Shown: positions 9,573-18,610 of the stretch, piece after piece
Numbering within the stretch: the stretch's first letter is position 1
Layout: each line of letters starts with the position of its first letter
Source of the DNA: an uncultured Bacteroidota bacterium
GTDB taxonomy: Bacteria; Bacteroidota; Bacteroidia; Bacteroidales; P3
Direction of reading: 5' to 3'
NCBI GenBank assembly: GCA_902803395.1
Contig: CADCPQ010000138.1
Coordinates: 1-41,493, forward strand
Length of the DNA stretch: 41,493 bases
Translations under genes and position numbers: made by a program
Notes under the pieces: generated by a model
The model's input: the letters and a program-made list of their open reading frames with translations, nothing else
Databases searched by the model: none
What the model was told of the DNA's origin: nothing

Positions 9573-11200
9573 TGTGAATGTGATATTAAGATTATGATTT
9601 TGTTTTCTTTCAAGGTTTCCAACATCTCATAGAAGTTTTCACGGGCTTTGGCGTCGAGCCACGCCGTCGGCTCGTCGAACAACATGACCTGCGGGTCTTT
9701 ATAAATGAGCCGTGCCAACGCAATGCGCTGCCATTGTCCCATACTCAGTTCTGCACCGTCGTCAAACATTCTCCCCAGCAGGGTGTCATAACCATTTGGA
9801 AGCTTCTCTATAATCTTATCGACTCCTGCCATACGGGCTGCACGAATCATCAACTGCCTGTCAATCGGGCTGTTGACGCGTCCGAAAGCAATGTTTTCGG
9901 CCACGGTGCAGTTGTAGCGGATGGTTTCCTGAAACATAACTCCCAAGTTTGAACGTACTTTGCCGATGTTAATACGACGCAAGTCCGTCCCGTTTACGGT
10001 AATATACCCATTTTCAGGCTCATACAAACGTAGCAAAAGTTTGAGCAAAGTTGTCTTGCCGAATCCGTTCTCGCCTTCGATACGTGTTATCTCTCCACGA
10101 CGAGCGGTAAGGTTGAAATGCGAGAGCACGTCACGGTTCATGTCGGGATAACGGAACGTGATGTCGTGAAACTCTATCGTTTCGGCGCATTCGGGAAATG
10201 GCTCGCCGTCACCGTCATCGGTTATTGCCGACTGGAGCGAAAGGAACTCAAAGAGGTTGCCGAGGAAAAGCCGGTTGTCGTAAAGTCCCGACACTGCGCC
10301 GACCGCTGTCTGCAGATAACCCATTCCGCGACGGAACGCCTCGAAAACCATGACAAACGAGCCGATTGTCATAGCTCCATTATAGGTGCTGTTGAGCATC
10401 ATGACCAATGCAACCAGCAGGGCTAAAGTTTCGACTATGGAGCACAGTGCGTCGTAGCGGCCGAGCTTGCGCGAGATTTTGATTAACTTTACAACTATTT
10501 TATGGCGGCTTTCAACAAAACGGTGTCTGAAAAACGGGGCCAACCCAAGAGCTCTCAACTCGGCGGCCGGAGTCTTTTGCGTCAGTAGAGCCGAATAGTA
10601 GTTAGTTAGTCTGACGGTAGGCGTACTCTCGCGTCGGAAGCTGTAGATGTTGCGGGCTTTGGCGAACCTGACAAACGCTGTTGGCAACGCGGCCGCCAAC
10701 ATAACAAATATCAAAAGCCATGAGGATCCAGCTATAAGAACGGCTGCACCTGTGAGTGAAATCAGCGAACCTGCAAGCGACATGAAGTTGCCGACCACCT
10801 GTATCGGTCGCGATGAAATTTCCTGCTGCGCCCGGTGAAGCGTGTCGTGATACGACGGACTGTCATAGAAACTCATGTCGAGCGTCGATGCCTGTCGCTG
10901 AACGAGTTCGCTCACATAGTCGATGATTTTTTGCGACATCACGTCGCTATTGATACCCAGTAACGTCCCCGTAAGCCTTTGCAGCAAATATATCACGGCG
11001 AAAAGTCCAGCCAAAACAGGCAACATTCCCGAGAAAACTCCTGACGATACATTGTTCGTCACCTCGTCAACCAGTAATTTCAGAATGTAGAGGCCTGCCA
11101 CCGGCAACAGACTTTGCAGAGCCACATAGAACACCCGCCGCCAAAACAACGGGTTGTCGCAGCGGCGAACCATTGCCAGAGTTTGCCATAAATTCTTCAT
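9569..11200 (-). CDS. ABC exporter, fused permease/ATPase (MsbA-like type I exporter)
   Basis: An N-terminal six-helix TMD is followed by Walker A GENGFGKTT, the signature LSMGQWQR and Walker B VMLFDEPT. I place the start at MKNLWQ (ATG at 11200) rather than the ORF-track M at 11239. The stop overlaps the pepA start (ATGA). Confidence 0.85.
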   Translation of the reverse strand: MKNLWQTLAMVRRCDNPLFWRRVFYVALQSLLPVAGLYILKLLVDEVTNNVSSGVFSGMLPVLAGLFAVIYLLQRLTGTLLGINSDVMSQKIIDYVSELVQRQASTLDMSFYDSPSYHDTLHRAQQEISSRPIQVVGNFMSLAGSLISLTGAAVLIAGSSWLLIFVMLAAALPTAFVRFAKARNIYSFRRESTPTVRLTNYYSALLTQKTPAAELRALGLAPFFRHRFVESRHKIVVKLIKISRKLGRYDALCSIVETLALLVALVMMLNSTYNGAMTIGSFVMVFEAFRRGMGYLQTAVGAVSGLYDNRLFLGNLFEFLSLQSAITDDGDGEPFPECAETIEFHDITFRYPDMNRDVLSHFNLTARRGEITRIEGENGFGKTTLLKLLLRLYEPENGYITVNGTDLRRINIGKVRSNLGVMFQETIRYNCTVAENIAFGRVNSPIDRQLMIRAARMAGVDKIIEKLPNGYDTLLGRMFDDGAELSMGQWQRIALARLIYKDPQVMLFDEPTAWLDAKARENFYEMLETLKENKIIILISHSQ

Positions 11201-11255
11201 ACCGAAATGCAAAAGTACGAAAAAAAACTGATATGGCAAAATAATTTATGAACAA

Positions 11256-13859
11256 TCAGATAAGCAGCGACTTTGCGGCGTCGACAGCGGCTTGCAATCC
11301 AGCAAGATTTCGGCCACCGGCAGTTGCGAAATGAGCCTGTCCGCCACCGCCGCCTTGTATTTCCTTGCCTGCGGTACGTACCATCTGGCCAGCATTGGCA
11401 CCGGCGTCGACACGATTCTGCCCCAAAACGATGAGCAACGACGGCTTGTCGCCGAATGAACTGCCAAGTATCAGAGCCATGTCGGGATGGGTGTTGCGTA
11501 GTTGCACAAGATTGTCGCGAACAACGTTCAAGTCGAAATCGACAATCTCCGATACAATCGGGTTATCATCGATTTTTGCGGCGTATTCTCGCGCGATTTC
11601 GGCATTGCGCATACGTTGGAATTCATCAATCTGCGAGCGCAATGCAGCGTTCTCTTCTTGCAGTTTTCCGACAGCGGCAGCGATGTCCTTGGCACCTTTC
11701 AACATCTCTTTCAAGGCTTCAAGTTGATCTTGAAGTTCATTATTATAATTATCTGCTGCCGACGATGTTACAGCTTCAATTCTACGCATTCCTGCAGCCA
11801 CCGCACCTTCACTGACTATGCGGAACGAGCCGATCCGACCTGTGGCCGGAACATGAGTGCCACCACAAAACTCGACACTCTCGCCATATTTTACAACACG
11901 TACGAATTCACCGTATTTTTCACCAAACAGTGCCATGGCTCCAAGTTTTTGCGCCTCGGCAATCGGCATTGCACGGTGCTCTTCGAGAGCAAGGTTGCGA
12001 CGGATATCGATGTTGACAAGTCTTTCAACTTCACGGATTTCCTCGTGGCTAAGTTTTGCGAAATGACTAAAGTCGAAACGCAGTCGCTGTGCGTCAACGC
12101 TCGAGCCTTTTTGCTCGACATGGGTGCCGAGGACAGTGCGCAATGCCTTGTGCATGAGGTGTGTGGCGGAATGGTTGTTCTCAATGGCCTCGCGACGCTC
12201 CTTGTTGACTTCAGCCTTGAATTTAACCTCGAGCGAGGTCGGCAACTCGGTGCATATATGAACAATAAGGTTATTCTCCTTTTTCGTATCGACGATTGTA
12301 ATCGTCTCATTTTGAGACGTCACTGTGCCGGTATCACCGACTTGACCGCCACTCTCGCCATAGAATGGGGTTTTGTCAAAAACGAGCTGGAACAGGACTT
12401 TGTCCTTTGTCTTAACCTGACGGTAGCGGGCAATGCGGACTTCAGCTTCGGTTGTGTCGTAACCTATAAACTGCTGTTCTACACCGGGCATCAACTCGAC
12501 CCAGTCGCCGTTCTCGACGGCCGAAGCAGCGCGACTGCGTTGCTTCTGCTCCTGCAAACCTTTCTCAAAACCGTCCATATCGACTTGCCAACCCTTTTCG
12601 GTTGCCATCAACCGTGTCAAATCGATTGGGAAACCGTATGTATCAAACAGTTCGAAAGCAAAAGCCCCGTCGACGGTTTTTGTCGCATCAGACGTATGAG
12701 TAGCGACATAGTCTTCGAAACGGCGAATACCACCAGCGAGGGTCCTCAGGAACGACTGTTCTTCTTCGTTGACAATACGTTCAATGAGTTGTTGCTGCTT
12801 TTTCAGCTCGGGATACTGGGCACCCATCTGTTCGACAAGCATTGGGACGAGTGTGCACAAGAATGGCTGGTCGAAACCGAGGAATGTATATCCATAGCGC
12901 ACAGCACGACGAAGAATGCGACGGATGACATAGCCTGCTTTGGCATTCGACGGCAATTGTCCATCGGCAATACTGAAACTGACAGCGCGCAGGTGGTCTG
13001 CGCACACACGCATGGCCACGTCGCACTTCTCGTCTGAGCCATAAGGTTTTCCAGCTTTTGTCGCAATAGCTTGAATAAGAGGCTGGAAGACATCGGTGTC
13101 ATAGTTTGAGCGTTTGCCTTGCAGAACCATACACAGACGTTCGAAACCCATACCAGTATCTATATGCTTGGCTTTCAGCGGTTCAAGAGTGCCGTTCGAG
13201 AGGCGGTTGAACTGCATGAAGACGAGATTCCATATCTCAATCACCTGCGGGTTGTCCTTGTTGACCAAATCACGACCGGAAACAAGAGCCTTCTCACTGT
13301 CGGGACGAATATCAACGTGGATTTCGCTGCAAGGGCCGCAGGGACCCTGATCGCCCATCTCCCAGAAATTGTCTTTCTTCGAACCTTTCAAAATGCGGTC
13401 TTCGGCGATGTGCGCTTTCCAGTACTCATAGGCTTCTGTATCCATTTCCAGGCCGTCCTTCTCATCACCGCCAAAAACGGTGACATAAAGGTTGGCTTTG
13501 TCAATCTTCATGACATCCGTCAAGAACTCCCAAGCGTATGCAATGGCCTCTTTCTTAAAGTAGTCGCCAAACGACCAGTTTCCCAACATCTCGAACATTG
13601 TGTGGTGATACGTGTCGTGGCCGACCTCCTCGAGGTCGTTGTGTTTTCCGCTGACACGCAGGCACTTCTGAGCATCGCAGGCACGTGGATAAGGTGCGGC
13701 GGCATTGCCGAGGAAAATGTCCTTGAACTGGTTCATTCCAGCGTTGGTAAACATAAGGGTCGGGTCGTTTTTCACCACCATCGGTGAACTGGGAACGACA
13801 TGATGTTGCTTCGACTCAAAGAATTTCAAAAAATGCGAGCGTATTTCTGACGATGTCAT
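11256..13859 (-). CDS. alaS: Alanine--tRNA ligase
   Basis: 867 aa. The N-terminus reads SSEIRSHFLKFFESKQHHVVPSSPMV...FTNAGMNQFK. An editing-domain HSATHLMH motif and a C-terminal DHHA1-like GGGGGQAHFATAGG are present. Confidence 0.97.
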   Translation of the reverse strand: MTSSEIRSHFLKFFESKQHHVVPSSPMVVKNDPTLMFTNAGMNQFKDIFLGNAAAPYPRACDAQKCLRVSGKHNDLEEVGHDTYHHTMFEMLGNWSFGDYFKKEAIAYAWEFLTDVMKIDKANLYVTVFGGDEKDGLEMDTEAYEYWKAHIAEDRILKGSKKDNFWEMGDQGPCGPCSEIHVDIRPDSEKALVSGRDLVNKDNPQVIEIWNLVFMQFNRLSNGTLEPLKAKHIDTGMGFERLCMVLQGKRSNYDTDVFQPLIQAIATKAGKPYGSDEKCDVAMRVCADHLRAVSFSIADGQLPSNAKAGYVIRRILRRAVRYGYTFLGFDQPFLCTLVPMLVEQMGAQYPELKKQQQLIERIVNEEEQSFLRTLAGGIRRFEDYVATHTSDATKTVDGAFAFELFDTYGFPIDLTRLMATEKGWQVDMDGFEKGLQEQKQRSRAASAVENGDWVELMPGVEQQFIGYDTTEAEVRIARYRQVKTKDKVLFQLVFDKTPFYGESGGQVGDTGTVTSQNETITIVDTKKENNLIVHICTELPTSLEVKFKAEVNKERREAIENNHSATHLMHKALRTVLGTHVEQKGSSVDAQRLRFDFSHFAKLSHEEIREVERLVNIDIRRNLALEEHRAMPIAEAQKLGAMALFGEKYGEFVRVVKYGESVEFCGGTHVPATGRIGSFRIVSEGAVAAGMRRIEAVTSSAADNYNNELQDQLEALKEMLKGAKDIAAAVGKLQEENAALRSQIDEFQRMRNAEIAREYAAKIDDNPIVSEIVDFDLNVVRDNLVQLRNTHPDMALILGSSFGDKPSLLIVLGQNRVDAGANAGQMVRTAGKEIQGGGGGQAHFATAGGRNLAGLQAAVDAAKSLLI

Positions 13860-13888
13860 ATACTTTATTATATTAAAATTTCGGGGTG

Positions 13889-13896
13889 CAAAATTA
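13889..13896 (-). promoter_or_regulatory. Bacteroidetes-type -7 promoter box (TAATTTTG) for alaS
   Basis: The minus strand reads TAATTTTG, matching the TAnnTTTG consensus, 30 nt upstream of the alaS ATG. Confidence 0.5.
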
Positions 13897-13937
13897 CGAT
13901 TTTTTTTTCAATTACAACACAAATCGGATTTTTTTAT

Positions 13938-13945
13938 TAATTTTG
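13938..13945 (+). promoter_or_regulatory. Bacteroidetes-type -7 promoter box (TAATTTTG) for the ndpA-like gene
   Basis: TAATTTTG matches TAnnTTTG and lies 26 nt upstream of the ATG at 13971, in the divergent alaS/ndpA intergenic region. Confidence 0.5.
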
Positions 13946-13970
13946 CAAACCGATTTTAAGACAGAACAAA

Positions 13971-15002
13971 ATGCCGATATTTGACTCAAACGCGATACAA
14001 TCAGTTGTGCTACATAGAGTTGGGAACACGACAGCGCAAGAAGGGTATGTACTTTCCGAGCGTCCTTTACAGTTGTCGCAACAATTGCAGGACACATTGG
14101 CACAGTATTTCATTTCGCCATTCAAAGCCGAGGAATATTTCCATTTGCGACAAGAAAGCGATGGCGTATATGACTGTGCAAGCGACATTTTCGATAATCC
14201 AGACAATATACTCGATGTATCCAAAAAACTTGCCACATTACTATATGACGCTTGTACAAAACCCAATATAAAAGGAGGCGATTTTTTCGTGGTTTACTTC
14301 AACCAATGCCAAATAATGGGCAAAGAAACAGATTGCATAGGTCTTTTTAAATCAGAGAATAAAGAACGATTTATTAAAGTACTACATGAAGACGAAAACA
14401 ACTTTGCTCTTGAAACGGAAACTGGCATAAGCGTCAACAAGCTCGACAAAGGTGCGTTGATTTTCAATATGGAACGAGACAAGGGCTTCGTAGTAAGCGT
14501 TGTCGACATAACCAACCGAGGCGCTGATGCCGCATATTGGCGCGACCAATTCCTCGGCCTTTGCCAACGCGAGGACGAATATTTCAACACCCACAGCGAG
14601 TTGGCGGCTTACAAAAAATTCGTCACCGATGAACTTCCGCAACAGTTCGAAGGCGTTACGAAAGCCGATCAGGCAGATATGCTGAACCGTAGTGTGAAAT
14701 ACTTCAAGCAAAACGAAAATTTTGATGTACAATCATTTGCCAATGAGGTAATTGAACAGCCTGAATTAATCGACAGCTTTAAGCAGTTCCGCAATGATTG
14801 GCAGCGCGACAACGACGTGGTTTTGCAGGACTCGTTCGCCATCAACGACGAAGCCGTCAAAAAACAGCAACGGGCATTCAAGAGCGTGATAAAACTTGAC
14901 AAAAACTTCCACATATACGTACACGGCGACCGAAAACTAATCGAGCAGGGTGAGGACGAAAAAGGCAAGTTCTACAAGGTTTACTACCACGAGGAAAGTT
15001 AA
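13971..15002 (+). CDS. Nucleoid-associated protein, NdpA/YejK (NA37) family
   Basis: The N-terminal VVLHRVGN motif and ~340-aa size are typical of Bacteroidetes NA37-family proteins. This is recognition by eye only. Confidence 0.7.
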   Translation: MPIFDSNAIQSVVLHRVGNTTAQEGYVLSERPLQLSQQLQDTLAQYFISPFKAEEYFHLRQESDGVYDCASDIFDNPDNILDVSKKLATLLYDACTKPNIKGGDFFVVYFNQCQIMGKETDCIGLFKSENKERFIKVLHEDENNFALETETGISVNKLDKGALIFNMERDKGFVVSVVDITNRGADAAYWRDQFLGLCQREDEYFNTHSELAAYKKFVTDELPQQFEGVTKADQADMLNRSVKYFKQNENFDVQSFANEVIEQPELIDSFKQFRNDWQRDNDVVLQDSFAINDEAVKKQQRAFKSVIKLDKNFHIYVHGDRKLIEQGEDEKGKFYKVYYHEES

Positions 15003-15084
15003 ATAATGTTATTTCGCTAAAAAAAGTTGTTCGCGCATATAATAAAAAATGCATTTTTGCGTTAATAAATCAAAATGTATCGAT

Positions 15085-16572
15085 ATGAAAAAGTTGTCAC
15101 TATATTTACTTGCAGTTAGCCTAACACTTGCTGTATCAGCGCAGAGCAAGAACATTTCGGCCGTTTTCAGTTACGCCACGTTCACCATCCCCGAGCAAAA
15201 TAGCCACTATGTCGAAACCTGCCTGTCGTTCGACGCATGGACTATGACATTCGCCGAGATTGAGCCCGGCAAATTCCGTGCCACTGCTGAAATCACACTC
15301 ATTGCAAAAATCGGCGACTCGGTGTGTTACTGGAAGAAATACAACCTCAACAGTCCTGTCGTCAACGACACGAACACTTTGGGATTCAACGTCATCGATC
15401 TCCAGCGCTTTTCTCTCGCCAACGGCATATACGACCTCGACATAACCATCCGCGACGTGGTTTCGAACGCAAAGCCTGTGAATGTTAGCGATAAACTCAT
15501 CGTGTTTTATGAGCAGGACCGCCCTGCCATGTCGAGCCTTCAGCTGATAGCGTCGGCAACCAAAACAACCAACCCTAACGTTTTTTCGCGTCATGGCTAC
15601 GACATGGAGCCCTATATCAACGACTACCTGCCCGAGAGCATCAAACAGATTAGCTATTACTACGAGGTTTATAACATTGATTCAGAGGTTGGTAAGGACG
15701 CTGTAGTCACCTGCTACTACATAGAGGACTTCGAAACCGGCGCCCGCGTAACCGACATCGTCAGCAAGCGTCAATCGGCCTCGAAAATCATTCCTGTTTT
15801 TGGCACCATCGATATATCGAAATTACCTTCTGGCCATTACAACCTTATGGTCGAGGTGCTCAACCGCGACGGCGAGACCCTGCTGTACAAGAAACTGCCG
15901 TTCTTCCGCTCCAATCCCAATGTCGAACCCGAGCCGCTTTCCGACTACGCCGCCACTTTCGCCGCCCAATACACCGACACGGCGGTGCTCAACACCTATA
16001 TCGATGCACTGATGCACATCTCGTCGCCCGACGAGCGTAAAGCCGCAAAAGAGGTCATCAAAAGCAAGTCACTCGATAAAAAGCAGGCCTACCTTTACAA
16101 TTTCTGGGCCAAACGCAACCCTATCAGTCCAGCAAAGGCTTGGAACGACTACCGTGTGCTGGTTGACTATGTGCTCAAGGAGTTCAGCTACCCGCTGACA
16201 CCCGGCCACCACACCGATCGCGGCCGCGTATATCTGCAATACGGCCCGCCGGATTTTGTGCGCGACGAGAAAAACTTTGTCGGAACCACGACTTCTGCCG
16301 GCAACAACGAGTTTTCAAATGAATATGAGGGCAGTATGGGCCACATCTACTATCTGCCCTATCAGCTGTGGCGTTACAACCAGCCCAAAGCCGACCAGCC
16401 TAACCGTGTGTTCATTTTCTGGGACGAGTTCCGCAGCGGATACTACAAACTGCTGCACTCCAACGCCAAAGGCGAGATTCAGGATATGAAGTGGGAACAG
16501 GTCCTCAGCAACCGCCAGCTGCCTGAAAACGCCATCGGCGAAGTCGGAAAACAATTCCAACGCGGATATTAA
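15085..16572 (+). CDS. GWxTD-domain-like secreted protein (motif variant GHHTD)
   Basis: From MKKLSLYLLAVSLTLAVSAQ (ATG 15085) there is a signal peptide. The C-terminal PGHHTDRGRVYLQYGPPD resembles the GWxTD...RG..Y..YGpPd domain signature. Confidence 0.6.
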   Translation: MKKLSLYLLAVSLTLAVSAQSKNISAVFSYATFTIPEQNSHYVETCLSFDAWTMTFAEIEPGKFRATAEITLIAKIGDSVCYWKKYNLNSPVVNDTNTLGFNVIDLQRFSLANGIYDLDITIRDVVSNAKPVNVSDKLIVFYEQDRPAMSSLQLIASATKTTNPNVFSRHGYDMEPYINDYLPESIKQISYYYEVYNIDSEVGKDAVVTCYYIEDFETGARVTDIVSKRQSASKIIPVFGTIDISKLPSGHYNLMVEVLNRDGETLLYKKLPFFRSNPNVEPEPLSDYAATFAAQYTDTAVLNTYIDALMHISSPDERKAAKEVIKSKSLDKKQAYLYNFWAKRNPISPAKAWNDYRVLVDYVLKEFSYPLTPGHHTDRGRVYLQYGPPDFVRDEKNFVGTTTSAGNNEFSNEYEGSMGHIYYLPYQLWRYNQPKADQPNRVFIFWDEFRSGYYKLLHSNAKGEIQDMKWEQVLSNRQLPENAIGEVGKQFQRGY

Positions 16573-16589
16573 AAAATCAGCAACAAGCC

Positions 16590-17438
16590 ATGTACGTTAT
16601 CGCTGACATAATCTATCTTGTCGTATGCCGCCTGCTGGGCTATCGCCGGCGAGTGGTGCGCGACAACCTGTCAGCGTCGTTCCCCAACAAAAGCAAAAAG
16701 GAACTGCGACGTATTGAACGCCGTTTCTACCGCCACCTGTCCGACCTTTTGGTCGAAGGGTTCTTCAACCTGTTCGCCACTCCGCCGCAAATCAAGAAAC
16801 GTTACCGCATTGCCAATCGGCAAATAATAGACCGCTATTACGAAAACGGGCAAAGCGTCATCCTCATGTCGGCCCACTACAACAACTGGGAGTACATGGT
16901 TTCGTCGCTCAATATGCAGCTGCTGCACCACGGCGTAGGTGTAGGCAAACCCTTGGACAACAAGAGCATAGCCCAGTGGGTCACACGCCGGCGCACCCGC
17001 TACGGCACCGAGGTTGTCGACCAGACCGACGTCCGTCAGTGCTTTGCCTACTACGACAGCCACCGCGTCCCATGCGCCTACATGATGTTGAGCGACCAGT
17101 CGCCATCGAACCCCCACAAAAGTTACTGGACCAACTTCCTGAACCACGACACCGCCTTCCTCTACGGTGCCGAGCATTTCGCCCGCAAATACAACTACCC
17201 TGTTCTCTTCTACGAGGTAAAGAAAGTGCGTCGCGGACGCTACGAGGTCGTATTCAGCGAGCTCTGCACCAACCCTGCCGACGCAGCCCCCTACAGCATC
17301 ACCCAGGCTTACGCCGAACATCTCGAACGCATCATCAACAACAGGCCCGAATACTGGCTCTGGAGCCACCGCCGATGGAAACTCACCCACGAGGGCCGCA
17401 TACTTAAAAACGGAACTCTGAAAATCATCAAACCATGA
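16590..17438 (+). CDS. Lysophospholipid / lipid A (LpxL/HtrB-like) acyltransferase family protein
   Basis: GYRRRVVRDNLSASFPNKSKKELRRIERRFYRHL and the H(x)4E box SAHYNNWE are typical of the lauroyl/myristoyl acyltransferase family. 282 aa. Confidence 0.75.
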   Translation: MYVIADIIYLVVCRLLGYRRRVVRDNLSASFPNKSKKELRRIERRFYRHLSDLLVEGFFNLFATPPQIKKRYRIANRQIIDRYYENGQSVILMSAHYNNWEYMVSSLNMQLLHHGVGVGKPLDNKSIAQWVTRRRTRYGTEVVDQTDVRQCFAYYDSHRVPCAYMMLSDQSPSNPHKSYWTNFLNHDTAFLYGAEHFARKYNYPVLFYEVKKVRRGRYEVVFSELCTNPADAAPYSITQAYAEHLERIINNRPEYWLWSHRRWKLTHEGRILKNGTLKIIKP

Positions 17439-18436
17439 AAAAAACAGCAGTCGTCATACTCAACTGGAACGGGCGTCATTTTCTCGAGCAATTCCTTCCG
17501 TCGGTGATTGCAAACACAGACGCCGAGGTCATCGTGGCCGACAACGGGTCGACCGACGACTCGCTCGCTTTTCTCGCCGCCAACTACCCCACCCTGCGCA
17601 CCATACCTCTCGACCGCAACTATGGTTTCGCAGGCGGCTACAACCGCGCCCTTGCCCAGGTCGAGGCCGACTACTTCGTGCTTTTGAACGACGACGTGGA
17701 ATGCACACCCGGCTGGGTCGCCCCTGTCGTCGACATGATGGAATCGGACCCCGAAATAGCCATCGCGCAGCCCAAACTGATGATGTACGACCAGAAGGAC
17801 ACTTTCGAGTATGCAGGCGGTGCAGGCGGCTTCATCGACCATTTCGGCTACCCCTTCTGCCGCGGACGTATGTTCAACACCCTCGAACAGGACCACGGAC
17901 AATACAACGACCGGTGCGAGATTTTCTGGGCCACGGGAGCCGCCATGTTCGTGCGCGCCGACGTGTGGCGCCAACTGGGTGGCCTCGACGACGACTTCTT
18001 CGCACATATGGAGGAAATCGACTTCTGCTGGCGAGCCAAAAACGCCGGCTACCGCTTGGCCTACTGTCCCGATTCGGTGCTCTACCACGTGGGCGGCGGA
18101 ACACTTCCCAAAAGCTCGCCGTTCAAGACCCAGCTCAACTTCCGCAACAACCTGTCGATGTTGTACAAAAACCTGCCGCAGAACGAGTTGCATAGAATTA
18201 TCGTCATACGGATACTTCTCGATTACGTCGCCGCGCTGAAATTCCTGGCCGAAGGCAAAGCTGGCGAGTTCCGCGCTGTCGTCAAGGCCCACCGTGAATT
18301 CCATTCGTGGAAACCAGCGCTGAAGGCCAAACGAGCCGCATTGACGCAGCGCAAAGTGAGCTGCATCTACCCCCGTCACCTCCTCACCGACTACTACCTG
18401 CTCGGCAAACGCCGCTTCAGCGACCTCGATTTTTAG
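17435..18436 (+). CDS. Glycosyltransferase family 2
   Basis: The N-terminus VVILNWNG...VADNGSTDDS, a DxD-like LNDDV and a later EEIDFCWR motif fit the GT2 rhamnosyltransferase-like subfamily. An ATGA overlap joins it to the upstream acyltransferase. Confidence 0.88.
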   Translation: MKKTAVVILNWNGRHFLEQFLPSVIANTDAEVIVADNGSTDDSLAFLAANYPTLRTIPLDRNYGFAGGYNRALAQVEADYFVLLNDDVECTPGWVAPVVDMMESDPEIAIAQPKLMMYDQKDTFEYAGGAGGFIDHFGYPFCRGRMFNTLEQDHGQYNDRCEIFWATGAAMFVRADVWRQLGGLDDDFFAHMEEIDFCWRAKNAGYRLAYCPDSVLYHVGGGTLPKSSPFKTQLNFRNNLSMLYKNLPQNELHRIIVIRILLDYVAALKFLAEGKAGEFRAVVKAHREFHSWKPALKAKRAALTQRKVSCIYPRHLLTDYYLLGKRRFSDLDF

Positions 18437-18476
18437 TCGTCACATTCCAACTAACTGATTTCCAATATTTTAATAC

Positions 18477-18585
18477 CAATTAATATAACCTATTGAAAAT
18501 CAAGGTATAAGATGGGTTCGGGTCGGGTTTGGTTCGGCCTTACATCGGCCTTGCTTCGGGTTTGTATGCCCAGCAGGCGACGAGA
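18477..18585 (+). repeat. Convergent-junction modular repeat, copy B
   Basis: CAATTAATATAA (18477-88) and TTGAAAATCAA (18493-503) are followed by TCGG at 18518, 18523, 18534, 18545 and 18556 (spacing 5,11,11,11). The tail is GTATGCCCAGCAGGCGACGAGAA (18563-85). It aligns with 746-893 (minus strand) and 28799-28939. Confidence 0.7.
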
Positions 18586-18610
18586 ACCGATGTCGAGTGG
18601 GTTAAATGCC

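Noticed and set aside
11502-13037. A 511-aa ORF on the plus strand, antisense to alaS.
   Set aside because: It lies entirely inside the well-supported alaS CDS on the opposite strand. Its low-complexity, Phe/Leu/Val-rich translation has no recognisable motifs, signal or promoter. Long stop-free antisense frames are expected opposite genes with strong codon bias.
13860-13970. Whether the A/T-rich alaS/ndpA intergenic region is a regulatory RNA or leader.
   Set aside because: It is too short, and it is fully explained by two back-to-back TAATTTTG promoters. No conserved stem-loops were seen.
16573-16589. A possible missing N-terminal membrane helix of the acyltransferase, as evidence of a frameshift or pseudogene.
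   Set aside because: I recognised no homologous coding sequence in the in-frame stretch upstream of the ATG, which runs into the end of the GWxTD gene. The remaining 282 aa retain all family motifs including the HxxxxE box. It is more likely a naturally short N-terminus.
17309-18379. A 356-aa minus-strand ORF overlapping the GT2 and acyltransferase genes. Similar shadow ORFs occur at 29707-30756 (+), 1552-2367 (+), 16671-17390 (-), 28983-29777 (+), 30893-31555 (+), 2617-3339 (+) and 37207-37926 (-).
   Set aside because: All are antisense or out-of-frame shadows of CDSs with clear family motifs. Their translations are Gly/Ala/Val/Arg-rich with no motifs.
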